Shown here one piece after another: positions 40,722 to 50,931 of a DNA stretch of 64,000 nucleotides. The stretch comes from Pseudomonadales bacterium (GTDB lineage Bacteria > Patescibacteriota > Microgenomatia > UBA1400 > PJMF01): contig JACKFW010000001.1 of assembly GCA_020632265.1 (NCBI GenBank), forward strand, positions 663,272 through 727,271, given 5' to 3'. The notes below the pieces were generated by a model, which ran no database searches, was not told the origin of the DNA, and was given only the letters and a program-made list of their open reading frames with translations. The first letter of the stretch is position 1; every line of letters begins with the position of its first letter. The translations under genes and the position numbers were made by a program.

Positions 40722-43700
40722 ATGATAGAGATATTAAGAAAGTCATTAAATAGAATTACCAGAAACGATCACACCATCGATTCTGACTTACTGCATGCAA
40801 CGGCAGACTCTGTGCTAGTCAAAGAGGGACATTCCGCGATAGCTCATGAAGTTGCTGATGATTTACCAGCTCTTCGCTTTCTATATAGAGTATTAATGGT
40901 CGCTTCAGAACTTGCAACGCTAAACATGACTTATTCTATGCTTAATGGAAATAGTGAAACGTTATTCATTTCAGCCATCATATACGCAATTACACGAGCC
41001 ACCGGCATTCACTACTCTAATGTGTCTCAAGAAAAAGTTTCCGAAGTACTAGAACTCGTAGTAGATGCTCTCGATGAACACCCTATCAAATCAGATTCCG
41101 ACCAACCAGCTAATCGAGAATTTAGAATTCCTTTTGATCAACTTGCTGCCATTGCTAATAATGAACGCTTCAGTCATCTAAATCCTTGGGAACAATTATT
41201 TTGGCTGGCACTTCAATTTGCAACCATCAGCTCCCAATCACCAGAGATAATTCCAGTTGCTTTAGCCGCCTGGACACTATGCTCAATAGATTTATTTTTT
41301 AGCGGTAAAGCCTACAAATGGGCACATAACAATGTCGTACATTATAGAAGTATTGCAAAAGATAGACTAAGTCGATTCAGCCATCTCACACCAAAAGAAG
41401 ATGCAAAAAAGAAACAACTTTCAGGAAGAAGAAATGCCACTGTTGATTTAATTAATTTAACTTCATATGGGCTTCCATTTTTGTTTCTAGCCTTATCGGC
41501 GATAGAGCAAGTCGGCAATGTTGTCGCCGGCGCAGCAATAATTGGATCCAAAATGTTAGGTTCTCTGTCAAGTGCGGTAAACACCAAAGAAAACCGAATC
41601 AATGGTCAAAATGCAAGCACAACTCTTGGTAAAATAAATGAAAAAGTGAAAAATGGTGGCAGAATTTTTGTTGCCACAGAAGGAGAACAACAATTCAGAA
41701 GAAATCGTGATAATCAAGAACAAAATCTAGTGCAGAAACCTGAATTAAATTTGAATACCAAATTACTAGTAGAGAAACTAGATGTAATTGCTCCTAATGG
41801 TCAAAAATTATTTGTTCTCGATGGCAGAATAGAATTAACTTGCGAAGGTAAAGGACTACTAACACTCATTTCGGGTTCAAGTGGATCAGGGAAAACCACC
41901 TTGCTTGCGGCACTAACAGAAACATCTTCTGCGTGTCAATGCGGGAGAATACAACTCGAATTAACTGAAGACAAGACTAAAATTCGACTCATAGATTTAC
42001 CAGTTGAACAATTAAAAAAAATATTTGTTTTTTGCGATGGAAGACTTCCCAATCAATCCTTAATAGATTCATTAGTATCTCCAGATAAACGTGAATTTGA
42101 TAATTTATCAGAAGCAGAAAAAGAGCAGGTAGCACGTTTTTCGTGGAGAGAACTAAAGCAATTTGCTGCTACAAATGTGAATATAAATGCAATAGTTGAA
42201 AATATACGCCATCAAGCAACAGAAATTATGGAAGAGTCACGCTTATTTTCAAACAATGAAATCCCGGGTTTATTAGATGCAAATAATTTATCTGATGCTT
42301 CTTCGGGACAAAAACGCAGGCTAGCGCTTCTTCTAGCGAGCAGAGAGGCACAAGCAAATCAAGGTGTTTTATTTATTGATGAACCACTAGCAAAACTAGA
42401 CAATGAAACTGCGCAAAGCAATACCCGTCTCGTAATTAATTTTATTAAAAGATTATTAAAAATGGGCATTCCAGTCATCATGACTGATAATTCTGCTCCA
42501 GAACTAATAATGAGAAGTTTTATCGAATATCTGGCAACTCAAATTAAATTAAAAGATAATTTCGCCACTATATTAACTTATCCTTCAGTTGTTGCGGGAT
42601 TAAAGAAACATTCTACAACAGGAAAAGATACCGAAATCAAAGCGAAATATTTAATTGGTACAAAAGTAAGAGATCAAGAAGACGATCTTTTAAAACATAT
42701 CAATGGACCATATCGTCAGGAGTTAATGCACACCCCTCCTGATTATCAAATGAAAATAATCAGGGAGGCTATGGATAAAAATGAAGAATGCAGAGTTGTA
42801 CTCGGAAAATGTTCAAGCTTATGGAATTCTTTAGAAAATTCACAAACAGAACTCACCCAAGAAGAAAATGATACTTACTTAAGTATTTTAGCAATTTATA
42901 GACATTTAGCAGCGTCAATATGTGTCGATTTAATAGATATGATGCAATCTGATTCATCAGATAATAATTATAAATTACCACAAGACTATCAAGTTTTTCT
43001 TAGTCATTTAGACAAACTTAAAACCAACTTATTATCTCTCACTGAATTTTTATTAGCAAGCACAGTAAACTTGGATTCGCAAGAATACCTATTGTTTCCC
43101 TATCAAACTACTCAAAGTTTAATCTTAGAAATGCTCAATAAATTAATAGCAACGATAAATAATGATGATGCAGGGACAAGAAATATTCTAATACCAACTA
43201 GTTGGAGGAGCGAAGAAAATTGTTTGAACACCGTATTACAAGAAATAACGCGCGCTAAGCTTGAGGCGCTCTCAAGCTACAAAAAGGTTAGAGAACACTT
43301 TTCGACTGGTATTAATATGGGCTTTAATCGTATAAATGATAGGAATAAACATAATGCAACCAATCCTCTCGATCCACACGGATTTATGGCATACCATAAA
43401 TTAGATAGATCGAAAAGAAGTTACTTGCCAAAAATTACTGATGTATTGGCCAAAAAATCTCATGATCAACTAAGACTCCTTCATCCACATTCACCAACCT
43501 TAAGAGTATTAACTTTACTTCATATTGAACAGAGCTTACTTGGTCCAAATCATTCCCTAAGAAATCCTTTACTGAGCCAATTCAATGCAGTAGGATACTA
43601 CGAAGCCACAAAAGGTATAAATTATCGTGATTATGCTCCAGAACTAACTAAAGCTCAAACCATTTTTCTACCTACGCCTTATTTAGAATATCCCAAAGGA

Positions 43701-44414
43701 TTAGTAATAGACATATCCAAACTCATAAGAGATTTAAATATGAATCTTGTAGAAATCACTCTAAGAGATACTCCTGATTCAGACAGCAATCCAATCACAA
43801 TATTGCACCAAGCAAAGCATGACTTGATAAATTATAGTAATAATGTAAATAATGTTATTTTACTTAATATATTAAATATCGGTCCAATATCAACTCAAGA
43901 AGTAGAAGAATTTCTTAGAGAACGTTGTAAAATTGCTGAAGGAAAAACAATTATAGTATTAATGCTTGAACATTCAGATGTATATCATAGGACACCTATA
44001 AACACTGTGGTAATTTCTCCTGGACTCGATCCTTGGGAAGGCCAAAAAAGAGCAAATCCCACTACTGAACAAATTGTATACCAGCCCGATATATTACACA
44101 CACTTTATCCAGGATTTATAGATTTTGATTACAAAAAATTATTAAGCATATGTCGATATGTTGATGAGGGACCATGGATCGATGATACTTACCTTTGGGA
44201 TCCAGAATACCAAAGAATGATTGCTCAATGGAAAAAAAGTAGGGAAAAAATAGTTCAAGACGACCCAATTAGTATGACACAGATTGACTCTTTTTCTTCT
44301 TTCGGCATCCCATTTAAAACGTGGATTTGTTATCTCCTACACAAAAAATCTCCCCAAAGGTTTAGATTTACTATAGATGAAGAATTAGAACCTTTACTTC
44401 ATCGCGATGATTAA
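40722..44414 (+). CDS. 1230-aa orphan protein with a central ABC/SMC-type ATPase head. Large N-terminal and C-terminal regions are unassigned.
   Basis: Walker A LTLISGSSGSGKTTLLAALTE (around 41860-41920), degenerate signature SSGQKRRLALLLAS and Walker B/D-loop VLFIDEPLAKLD (around 42300-42390). No TM segments and no coiled-coil arms are evident. Confidence 0.55.
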   Translation: MIEILRKSLNRITRNDHTIDSDLLHATADSVLVKEGHSAIAHEVADDLPALRFLYRVLMVASELATLNMTYSMLNGNSETLFISAIIYAITRATGIHYSNVSQEKVSEVLELVVDALDEHPIKSDSDQPANREFRIPFDQLAAIANNERFSHLNPWEQLFWLALQFATISSQSPEIIPVALAAWTLCSIDLFFSGKAYKWAHNNVVHYRSIAKDRLSRFSHLTPKEDAKKKQLSGRRNATVDLINLTSYGLPFLFLALSAIEQVGNVVAGAAIIGSKMLGSLSSAVNTKENRINGQNASTTLGKINEKVKNGGRIFVATEGEQQFRRNRDNQEQNLVQKPELNLNTKLLVEKLDVIAPNGQKLFVLDGRIELTCEGKGLLTLISGSSGSGKTTLLAALTETSSACQCGRIQLELTEDKTKIRLIDLPVEQLKKIFVFCDGRLPNQSLIDSLVSPDKREFDNLSEAEKEQVARFSWRELKQFAATNVNINAIVENIRHQATEIMEESRLFSNNEIPGLLDANNLSDASSGQKRRLALLLASREAQANQGVLFIDEPLAKLDNETAQSNTRLVINFIKRLLKMGIPVIMTDNSAPELIMRSFIEYLATQIKLKDNFATILTYPSVVAGLKKHSTTGKDTEIKAKYLIGTKVRDQEDDLLKHINGPYRQELMHTPPDYQMKIIREAMDKNEECRVVLGKCSSLWNSLENSQTELTQEENDTYLSILAIYRHLAASICVDLIDMMQSDSSDNNYKLPQDYQVFLSHLDKLKTNLLSLTEFLLASTVNLDSQEYLLFPYQTTQSLILEMLNKLIATINNDDAGTRNILIPTSWRSEENCLNTVLQEITRAKLEALSSYKKVREHFSTGINMGFNRINDRNKHNATNPLDPHGFMAYHKLDRSKRSYLPKITDVLAKKSHDQLRLLHPHSPTLRVLTLLHIEQSLLGPNHSLRNPLLSQFNAVGYYEATKGINYRDYAPELTKAQTIFLPTPYLEYPKGLVIDISKLIRDLNMNLVEITLRDTPDSDSNPITILHQAKHDLINYSNNVNNVILLNILNIGPISTQEVEEFLRERCKIAEGKTIIVLMLEHSDVYHRTPINTVVISPGLDPWEGQKRANPTTEQIVYQPDILHTLYPGFIDFDYKKLLSICRYVDEGPWIDDTYLWDPEYQRMIAQWKKSREKIVQDDPISMTQIDSFSSFGIPFKTWICYLLHKKSPQRFRFTIDEELEPLLHRDD

Positions 44415-44490
44415 TCTAAAAAAAACAATCGATATCACGGCTCATTAAAGTAACAATTAATTCCAAAAAGTAACAATTAATTCCAAATTT

Positions 44491-46245
44491 TTATTTTTTT
44501 TCAATATTAAAGAAAGCATTATTACAACCACTCCCAGACCATTGTGGAATTCTCATGTTTCCAGGTGCGCGCAAATTGAATGCTTTACAAAACTCATCAC
44601 CGCTCATACTCACTCCACTAATATTTACCAAAGAAGTATTGCCATTTCCTTGTGAAACTGAAACATTATTTGCTGAAGAAAGTCCACCATATTTTGTAGC
44701 AACATCTTTCAGTTCACTAAGACTATATGGATTACCACCCCAACATTCTGTAGTCACTGGACTAATTCTCTCAGTTTCTCCACCAGAACCATTTTTTAAA
44801 ACAAGGTGAGCATTAACAATGTCAGCCATTTCTTCAGGATTTAACCAAGGATTTGACCGCCCACAGGTCGATCCATTACTACTATATCCAGCACGCCACC
44901 AGGCCTTGTAAAGCCAAGGTGAGCCTCCAATTTTTTCAAATGATTTATCAATAAAATTACTGCCACCAGATCCATCGGTTGTATCCCATCCAGAAGAAGT
45001 TGTCCATCCTCCATGGGTTGAAGCATAAAATGTCGTGACATCTTCCAAAACTTGACCCTTTGTCTGATCCACTGCTTCCTTCCAAGCTTGTGGGACATTT
45101 TCAGATTTTGATTTGTTAAATACCTGACATGCTTCTGTAATACAAATTTCATTGCCATCTTTTTTATAACGCAAAGCAAAAGTTCTTGCGGCAACTGCTT
45201 GAGCTTTAAGAGCTTCCTTGTGCCAACTCGATGGCATTTCGGCAATTCCATATAAATAAGTTGTTTCAAAATCAATACTTCCCTGACCAGCAACTCGAAT
45301 TGTTCCTGAGGTTTCAGACTCTTTATTAACTGGCTCTTTACCATAATAAAATTTTAAAATCTCAACAAAACTTTTTCCAGATTCAGCTCTCCCTCTTGCG
45401 CCATATTGACTCATACCTTTTCGATGACTGTAAGCTCCAAATGAAAAAATTGCAAAACTTCCCGAGGGAGCTTGCTCCCTAAACCCTTTTATAGATGCCA
45501 AATAATCATCGGCTAATTCACTATCTCCAATTGACGCTGTAAAACTTCCGCTTCTTGCATTAATAATTTCTTGTTGTCTAGTAGACAATTCAGCAATTTT
45601 TCCCCCCAACTCTTTCTGATAATCTTTAGCTTTGTCAATTTCTATTTTAAAAAATGTTGCTTGTTCGTCTAATTGCTTTTCTAAAGATGCTAATGTAATT
45701 TGATCAGTTTCAAGCTTTTTTTTGTCTGCTTGAAGCTCTCGAATATCTTCGCCTATTGCTTTAATAAATTGATTATCTTGATTTTTTATTGAATCTCTAT
45801 ATGCCAAATCCTTTGTTAGATCGGAAGCATTTTCACTTGCTAAGATAGTTGTAATTGGTGAGTATGTTCTAATTCTTTTGTATTGTTGGGCAATTCTTTT
45901 GGAAAAAATTTGATATTGAAAGGCTAAATCAATTTCGCGATCCTTAATCTCACCAGCAAGTTTTTCTGCTGCGGTACGTGCTACCCAAATTGAATATCTA
46001 GCATTACTAATACGTTTTTCTAATGACCCAACTTCTTGTTCAAGCGGTTTGGTAGCGTCCTCTGATAGTTTTTTAAGATGTTCAAGTTCGTCAATTTGAC
46101 TTTGTAAATCATCAACTTCATCAGCGTAAACTTGAGATAAAATCAATTCTCTAATCTCATGTCTAAAAAAATCAAATCTTGTAAAAGATATACCAAAAAA
46201 AAATAATGCTAAAACCATTTTCAAAATTGTTTCATTTTTAGTCAT
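44491..46245 (-). CDS. SpoIID/LytB-domain protein with an N-terminal TM and a coiled-coil region (cell-wall remodelling)
   Basis: SpoIID signature AYSHRKGMSQYGARGRAESGKSFVEILKFYYG. N-terminal TM, then a long heptad-like segment as in M23/LytM-family coiled-coil N-termini. Confidence 0.65.
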   Translation of the reverse strand: MTKNETILKMVLALFFFGISFTRFDFFRHEIRELILSQVYADEVDDLQSQIDELEHLKKLSEDATKPLEQEVGSLEKRISNARYSIWVARTAAEKLAGEIKDREIDLAFQYQIFSKRIAQQYKRIRTYSPITTILASENASDLTKDLAYRDSIKNQDNQFIKAIGEDIRELQADKKKLETDQITLASLEKQLDEQATFFKIEIDKAKDYQKELGGKIAELSTRQQEIINARSGSFTASIGDSELADDYLASIKGFREQAPSGSFAIFSFGAYSHRKGMSQYGARGRAESGKSFVEILKFYYGKEPVNKESETSGTIRVAGQGSIDFETTYLYGIAEMPSSWHKEALKAQAVAARTFALRYKKDGNEICITEACQVFNKSKSENVPQAWKEAVDQTKGQVLEDVTTFYASTHGGWTTSSGWDTTDGSGGSNFIDKSFEKIGGSPWLYKAWWRAGYSSNGSTCGRSNPWLNPEEMADIVNAHLVLKNGSGGETERISPVTTECWGGNPYSLSELKDVATKYGGLSSANNVSVSQGNGNTSLVNISGVSMSGDEFCKAFNLRAPGNMRIPQWSGSGCNNAFFNIEKK

Positions 46246-46405
46246 AAAGTTTATAGATCTTAGTTTATAGATCTTATTGTAACTAAAATAGTATACTATT
46301 TACCAGGACTAAAGAAATGTATATCTAGCCATATTGTCATACCTAAAGTACAATTAAATTAGTTTTTGTGATTTAAATGTAAAACTATAATACTTACAAA
46401 CATTT

Positions 46406-47638
46406 ATGGTGAAAAAACTTTTCTTATCTTTGTTAATTTTTATTTCGATCTTTTTTGCAACTCAAACAAAGGTTTTAGCTGCTGATTGTACTGGAGTTCT
46501 CGAAGGAGTTGGAGTTACTCTCGAAGAATATCAACCTGGAATGACGCATGATATTAAAATTGATCTCTCGAGTTATGATCAAGATGAAGAATATTATATA
46601 AAAGTTAAGAATTTTCAAGCAACTTTTGATGATGAATGTCAAACAGACACATTCCCGTTAAATCAAGGTAGTCAAACTGGAAGTAATAGCTCGTGTAGAT
46701 GGTATCTTAGTGGATCAGTCCTGACTTTAACCCTTACTGGCAAAGAACCTCTTTCACCTGCTCCAAGTGGTACTCAAAATGATGTTCATGTAGTAAATTT
46801 GTATAGAAGAGAGCCGTTGAGCAATTTAGTTTGTAGAATTGGAGAATACTATACTCCGCAAGTCAATCTTGGGGGTAATTGTAGCTGGCAAATTTGGCAA
46901 GGGTCAGCTCCTAATAATGCCTGTTATTATCCCGGATGTTTAGAAATAAATAAATCAACAACAATTAAAGTGATGGGCCTAGAAATGAACGGTCAGCCTT
47001 ATAACGAGGAAGTTCAATTTGAAATCTACAAAACCAGTGGTTTTATCATGGATCAAAATGCACAAGCAACAGGTGGTGAAGCACAAACAGCTTTCACGCC
47101 TACTTCAAATTCAAAACATACCATATCAATACAAATACCTAGAATTGGTAGAAATTATACTTGGCCTGATTGTATAATATCCTTTACTCCACAAGAAAAC
47201 TGTGGTGCGGATCAGTGCAATTCAGAAGAAACAACTGTCGGAGGCGGACCAAGAAGTGTTGGAGCAGATGTTTTCTCGCTTTGCGATCAAATTCCAGAAG
47301 CAAATTCCGAATTAAGAGAAAAATGCATAGAATGTGCAGGTGGTGAAGGTGGACTTGCAGGAATTTGGACAGCCATTGGCTGTATTAAAAGAGATCCTCA
47401 AGCAATAGTTGAAAAATTCATCAAATTAGGGCTGGGCATGGGTGGAGGCGTAGCACTGCTTTCATTTCTTGCTGCAGGATTTATATATAGCACTTCTCAA
47501 GGAAGTCCAGAAAAAGTTAAAAGTGCTAAAGAAATGATGACTGCATCCATCGTTGGAATCTTATTCGTCATATTTTCAGTAACATTGTTACAATTTATTG
47601 GTTGGTCAATATTTAAAATTCCTGGATTTGGAGGATAA
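46406..47638 (+). CDS. Secreted Cys-rich ectodomain protein fused to a C-terminal VirB2/TrbC-like pilin module (two hydrophobic helices with a basic loop)
   Basis: Signal peptide MVKKLFLSLLIFISIFFATQTKVLA. The C-terminus LSFLAAGFIYSTSQGSPEKVKSAKEMMTASIVGILFVIFSVTLLQF matches the module of the 59.0-62.9 kb array. Confidence 0.55.
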   Translation: MVKKLFLSLLIFISIFFATQTKVLAADCTGVLEGVGVTLEEYQPGMTHDIKIDLSSYDQDEEYYIKVKNFQATFDDECQTDTFPLNQGSQTGSNSSCRWYLSGSVLTLTLTGKEPLSPAPSGTQNDVHVVNLYRREPLSNLVCRIGEYYTPQVNLGGNCSWQIWQGSAPNNACYYPGCLEINKSTTIKVMGLEMNGQPYNEEVQFEIYKTSGFIMDQNAQATGGEAQTAFTPTSNSKHTISIQIPRIGRNYTWPDCIISFTPQENCGADQCNSEETTVGGGPRSVGADVFSLCDQIPEANSELREKCIECAGGEGGLAGIWTAIGCIKRDPQAIVEKFIKLGLGMGGGVALLSFLAAGFIYSTSQGSPEKVKSAKEMMTASIVGILFVIFSVTLLQFIGWSIFKIPGFGG

Positions 47639-47643
47639 ATCTG

Positions 47644-48381
47644 ATGAAATTAATCATAAAAAAATCCCTATTATTAATTATTGCAACTTATTTTTATTTG
47701 GGATTAATCCCAAATGATGTTAATGCTGTAGTAACCATACCATCTTCGTGTACAGGTTTTTGTATGGTTGAAAACCAACTTTGCCCTAGCGGAAGTATTA
47801 ATCCAGATCCATCATGTCAATCTGGAATAAATCCAATTTATAATGGCAATGCATGTTGTGTAGACTCTCCACCATTAAATCTAGATTGTGGCGCCTCTTA
47901 TGACCCATCACAAACCTTAGGTTGTAATTGTGATAGTGGAGTAAATGGTTTTATATATAACGGCCAAGATAGATTATGTTGCGGATGGGTCTTAGAGAAT
48001 AATGGATCAAGCGTTTGTTCATATAGTCCAGACCCTGAAGAAATTGGTCCACCAATTACAATCACTGATGGCCTTAGTTCTGCAACATTTAATGCGCTGA
48101 ATCCATTAAAAATTACCAATTCTCCTGTTGCAGACCAACTATCTTCTCCCGGAGGAATTGTTTCAAGATTATTAAGTTTTCTTTTTCCCTTGGCAGGCTT
48201 ATTATTATTTTTGTTAATTACTTGGGGGGGGTTTGAAATCCTTCTAGGATCTGCAAATCAAAAAGGTATGGAAGCTGGAAAAAATAGAATCACGGCAGCT
48301 CTTGCTGGATTCTTTTTACTATTTGCGTCATATTGGCTCGCTCAAATTGTTGAAGTAACATTTGGAGTTACCATTCTTTAA
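47644..48381 (+). CDS. Secreted Cys-rich protein fused to a C-terminal VirB2/TrbC-like pilin module
   Basis: Signal peptide. C-terminus AGLLLFLLITWGGFEILLGSANQKGMEAGKNRITAALAGFFLLFASYWLAQ. 5-nt gap to the preceding paralog. Confidence 0.55.
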   Translation: MKLIIKKSLLLIIATYFYLGLIPNDVNAVVTIPSSCTGFCMVENQLCPSGSINPDPSCQSGINPIYNGNACCVDSPPLNLDCGASYDPSQTLGCNCDSGVNGFIYNGQDRLCCGWVLENNGSSVCSYSPDPEEIGPPITITDGLSSATFNALNPLKITNSPVADQLSSPGGIVSRLLSFLFPLAGLLLFLLITWGGFEILLGSANQKGMEAGKNRITAALAGFFLLFASYWLAQIVEVTFGVTIL

Positions 48382-48433
48382 GAAAATACCTCTTAGAATA
48401 ATTATTCTTATATCGCAATGACAAACTAGATGA

Positions 48434-49144
48434 TTAGCTACCAAATCTTCTATTTCTTTTGTAAAATTCTAATAATATTTCATCCATTTTTTCTGGAGTA
48501 AAATCTGGATAATTGAATTTTGGAAAAATTATTTCAGAATATTCTTGTTGCCAAGACATAAATCCCGACAACCTTGTATTATCTTTGCCTGTCCTAACGA
48601 TTAAATCTGGATCTGGCATATAGCTAGTATCTAGATTATCCGAAATCATTTTTTCATCAATTTCTTCTGGTTTTATTTCTCCAGAAGACACTTTTAAAGC
48701 AATTTTTTGCATTGTTCTTTTTAACTCATCTCGTCCACCATAGTTCATTGCCAAAGTTACGGTAATTTTTTTGTTATTTTTAGTTTTTTCTTGACCATCC
48801 CTAATTCTTTTTTGAATATCCTTCTCAAATCCTTCAATATCGCCAATCATTTTTACTCTAACTCCTTTTAAATCCCAACCCTCAATTCTTTCATCAAATA
48901 TTTTTCGAAATAAATTCATTAAAAAATCTACTTCAACTCTATCGCGCTTCCAATTTTCCGTGCTAAATACCCAGAAAGTTAAATATTGTATTCCAAGCTT
49001 AATGCCATGATCAATTAAATTTTCAAAAACATCGTTAACAGCTTTTTCATGACCCATAAAGACTTTTAAACCTCTTTCTCTTGCCCACGATCTATTGCCA
49101 TCGCAAATAATTGCCATGTGTTTTGGTAGTAAATTATTATTCAT
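48434..49144 (-). CDS. uppS: Undecaprenyl diphosphate synthase (cis-prenyltransferase)
   Basis: HMAIICDGNRSWA, FSTENWKR and RTGKDNTRLSGFMSWQ match the UPPS family blocks. Confidence 0.9.
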   Translation of the reverse strand: MNNNLLPKHMAIICDGNRSWARERGLKVFMGHEKAVNDVFENLIDHGIKLGIQYLTFWVFSTENWKRDRVEVDFLMNLFRKIFDERIEGWDLKGVRVKMIGDIEGFEKDIQKRIRDGQEKTKNNKKITVTLAMNYGGRDELKRTMQKIALKVSSGEIKPEEIDEKMISDNLDTSYMPDPDLIVRTGKDNTRLSGFMSWQQEYSEIIFPKFNYPDFTPEKMDEILLEFYKRNRRFGS

Positions 49145-49211
49145 CTTATTATCCTTATTTAGTCATTCTCATTATATTATAATATTTCATTAGTCCATCT
49201 CTACAAATTTT

Positions 49212-49760
49212 TTATTTCAACTGTTTAATCTGTTCAGCATAAACTTCATCCCAACATTCATCTAAAATTTTAATGTGTTTCAAATTTACTAAGCCATCAT
49301 TTTTAATAAATTCCTTTAATTCAGCTTGAGAGAAAAACTTCGTCTCTGATACTTCGGTTGATTCAAAATTAATTACTTCATCATCATAAATTCCTAGATA
49401 GTAGTACATAAAATGCGTTTCCCAAACATATTTTTGCAATTTTTTGTTTATAAAAATTAAGCTAGTATCAAAGCCCAATTCTTCTTCCAACTCTCTGTGA
49501 GCAGTTTCCAACAAATCATCTCCTTTAAGAACATGTCCTGCTGTTAATGACCACATATTTGGATTAACTGTCTTATATTTACTTCTTTTTTGTAAAAGAA
49601 TTTTATTATTTTTATCAATAATAATCACTGAAATTTCTCTGTGTATTAAATTAGGACTTGAGTTTGCTTTCTTTCTAACTACTTCACCAATAATTTCATC
49701 GTTTTCATCAACTAGGTCAAGGATTTCTTCTGGTTTATTGGCTAATTGAGAATTATTCAT
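49212..49760 (-). CDS. Nudix hydrolase
   Basis: Nudix box GHVLKGDDLLETAHRELEEELG. Lacks the IDI-1 Cys/Glu active-site blocks. Confidence 0.7.
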   Translation of the reverse strand: MNNSQLANKPEEILDLVDENDEIIGEVVRKKANSSPNLIHREISVIIIDKNNKILLQKRSKYKTVNPNMWSLTAGHVLKGDDLLETAHRELEEELGFDTSLIFINKKLQKYVWETHFMYYYLGIYDDEVINFESTEVSETKFFSQAELKEFIKNDGLVNLKHIKILDECWDEVYAEQIKQLK

Positions 49761-49818
49761 AAAATTTAGAGAGTGGCTAAACTGTTTAAACTAACTGATA
49801 GGATTCGTGTTTCAGTGA

Positions 49819-50835
49819 TTAAAATAAATGGTCCTTTAAAAATTGTGGTTTTCCTCCAACTTTTGCAGTCAAAATATTTTGTACTAAACTCAATTTTTTC
49901 AACCGCTCTCTAACAATCTTTTCATGTTTAGGTAAAGTTAAAACATGAACATTAAAACCTGTATTTATAGTAAAGTAACACTCAATTCCTTGAGCTCTCA
50001 TATTTTGAACTTCTAAAATCACCTGCACAGTTCCTGGATACCAAAGAACTAGGGGTGGTCTGCTCGTAAGCAATATTGAATGAAATTCTAAACACTCTGC
50101 TTCGACTAACAATCCTAGAGAGGTAAAATCTTTTTCTTTAATGAATTTTTTTGTATCTTTAATTTTTTGCTTAATATTATCTTGTCGTGCTTGAAAAAAG
50201 ATCCCTGAAGCTGCTGACTCATGTCCTTTGGTAGAGGAAATTTTTTTGATACCTGAATCTACAACTGCTACCACATCTACAATATCCCAATGTTCCTTTT
50301 CAAAAATTGTCCTTGAATATGAAGTTTCTGAGGTATTTCCATCAAGCCACTCAACAAATCCACCGACCGCACACCTGCATGCAGTACCTGAAGCTTGTCT
50401 GCTTAAAATACTTAGTTGTTTTTCATTTAATTCCAAACCTATTGCTTTTACTGCTGCAAAAGTTAATGCTGCCATTCCCGAACCAGAACTCGAAAGACCA
50501 GTTCCTCTTGGAAAAGAATTAATTGAAACGACTTTGGCATAGTAATCCGAACCAGGTAAATTTGCTGTTTTTGCAAGGTCACGAATACGATTTAAATGTT
50601 TTGCAACTCTTCTAGCCTCTCTTGAATCATCAGCAATGACTTTGCCACTAATCATAAATTCATCTTTTGAATAATCGCCGGAAAATTTAACCGTTGTTGT
50701 CGTGTCTAACCCATCGAGCTTAATCGAGATACTTCCGTTTTCAGGTAATCTTAAAATTTTGTCTTTTTTGCCCCAATACTTAACTAAAGCAATGTCACTC
50801 GAGGCCTTAACAGTTGCTTTTTTTTCTTCTAACAT
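49819..50835 (-). CDS. mvaD: Diphosphomevalonate decarboxylase
   Basis: IALVKYWGKKDKILRLPENGSISIKL, GHMP motif-2-like GTGLSSSGSGMAAL and ATP-binding region. Confidence 0.85.
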   Translation of the reverse strand: MLEEKKATVKASSDIALVKYWGKKDKILRLPENGSISIKLDGLDTTTTVKFSGDYSKDEFMISGKVIADDSREARRVAKHLNRIRDLAKTANLPGSDYYAKVVSINSFPRGTGLSSSGSGMAALTFAAVKAIGLELNEKQLSILSRQASGTACRCAVGGFVEWLDGNTSETSYSRTIFEKEHWDIVDVVAVVDSGIKKISSTKGHESAASGIFFQARQDNIKQKIKDTKKFIKEKDFTSLGLLVEAECLEFHSILLTSRPPLVLWYPGTVQVILEVQNMRAQGIECYFTINTGFNVHVLTLPKHEKIVRERLKKLSLVQNILTAKVGGKPQFLKDHLF

Positions 50836-50931
50836 ATTATTCCGTTCTTATTTATAACTTTTAGAATTTGTTTTAATAATCAATTAATACTATTTTTGTC
50901 AATTTTAATTGGAGAGTTTTCAAATTTAAAA

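Noticed and set aside
48393-48410. Palindrome agaataattattct between convergent genes, considered as a terminator
   Set aside because: The stem is AT-only with no loop and no flanking T-run on either side. Too weak to call.
49212-49760. Nudix protein in the MVA operon considered as the IPP isomerase
   Set aside because: It has the Nudix box but lacks the IDI-1 Cys/Glu blocks. A separate gene at 57257-57892 aligns convincingly with type 1 IDI, so this one is called a generic Nudix hydrolase.
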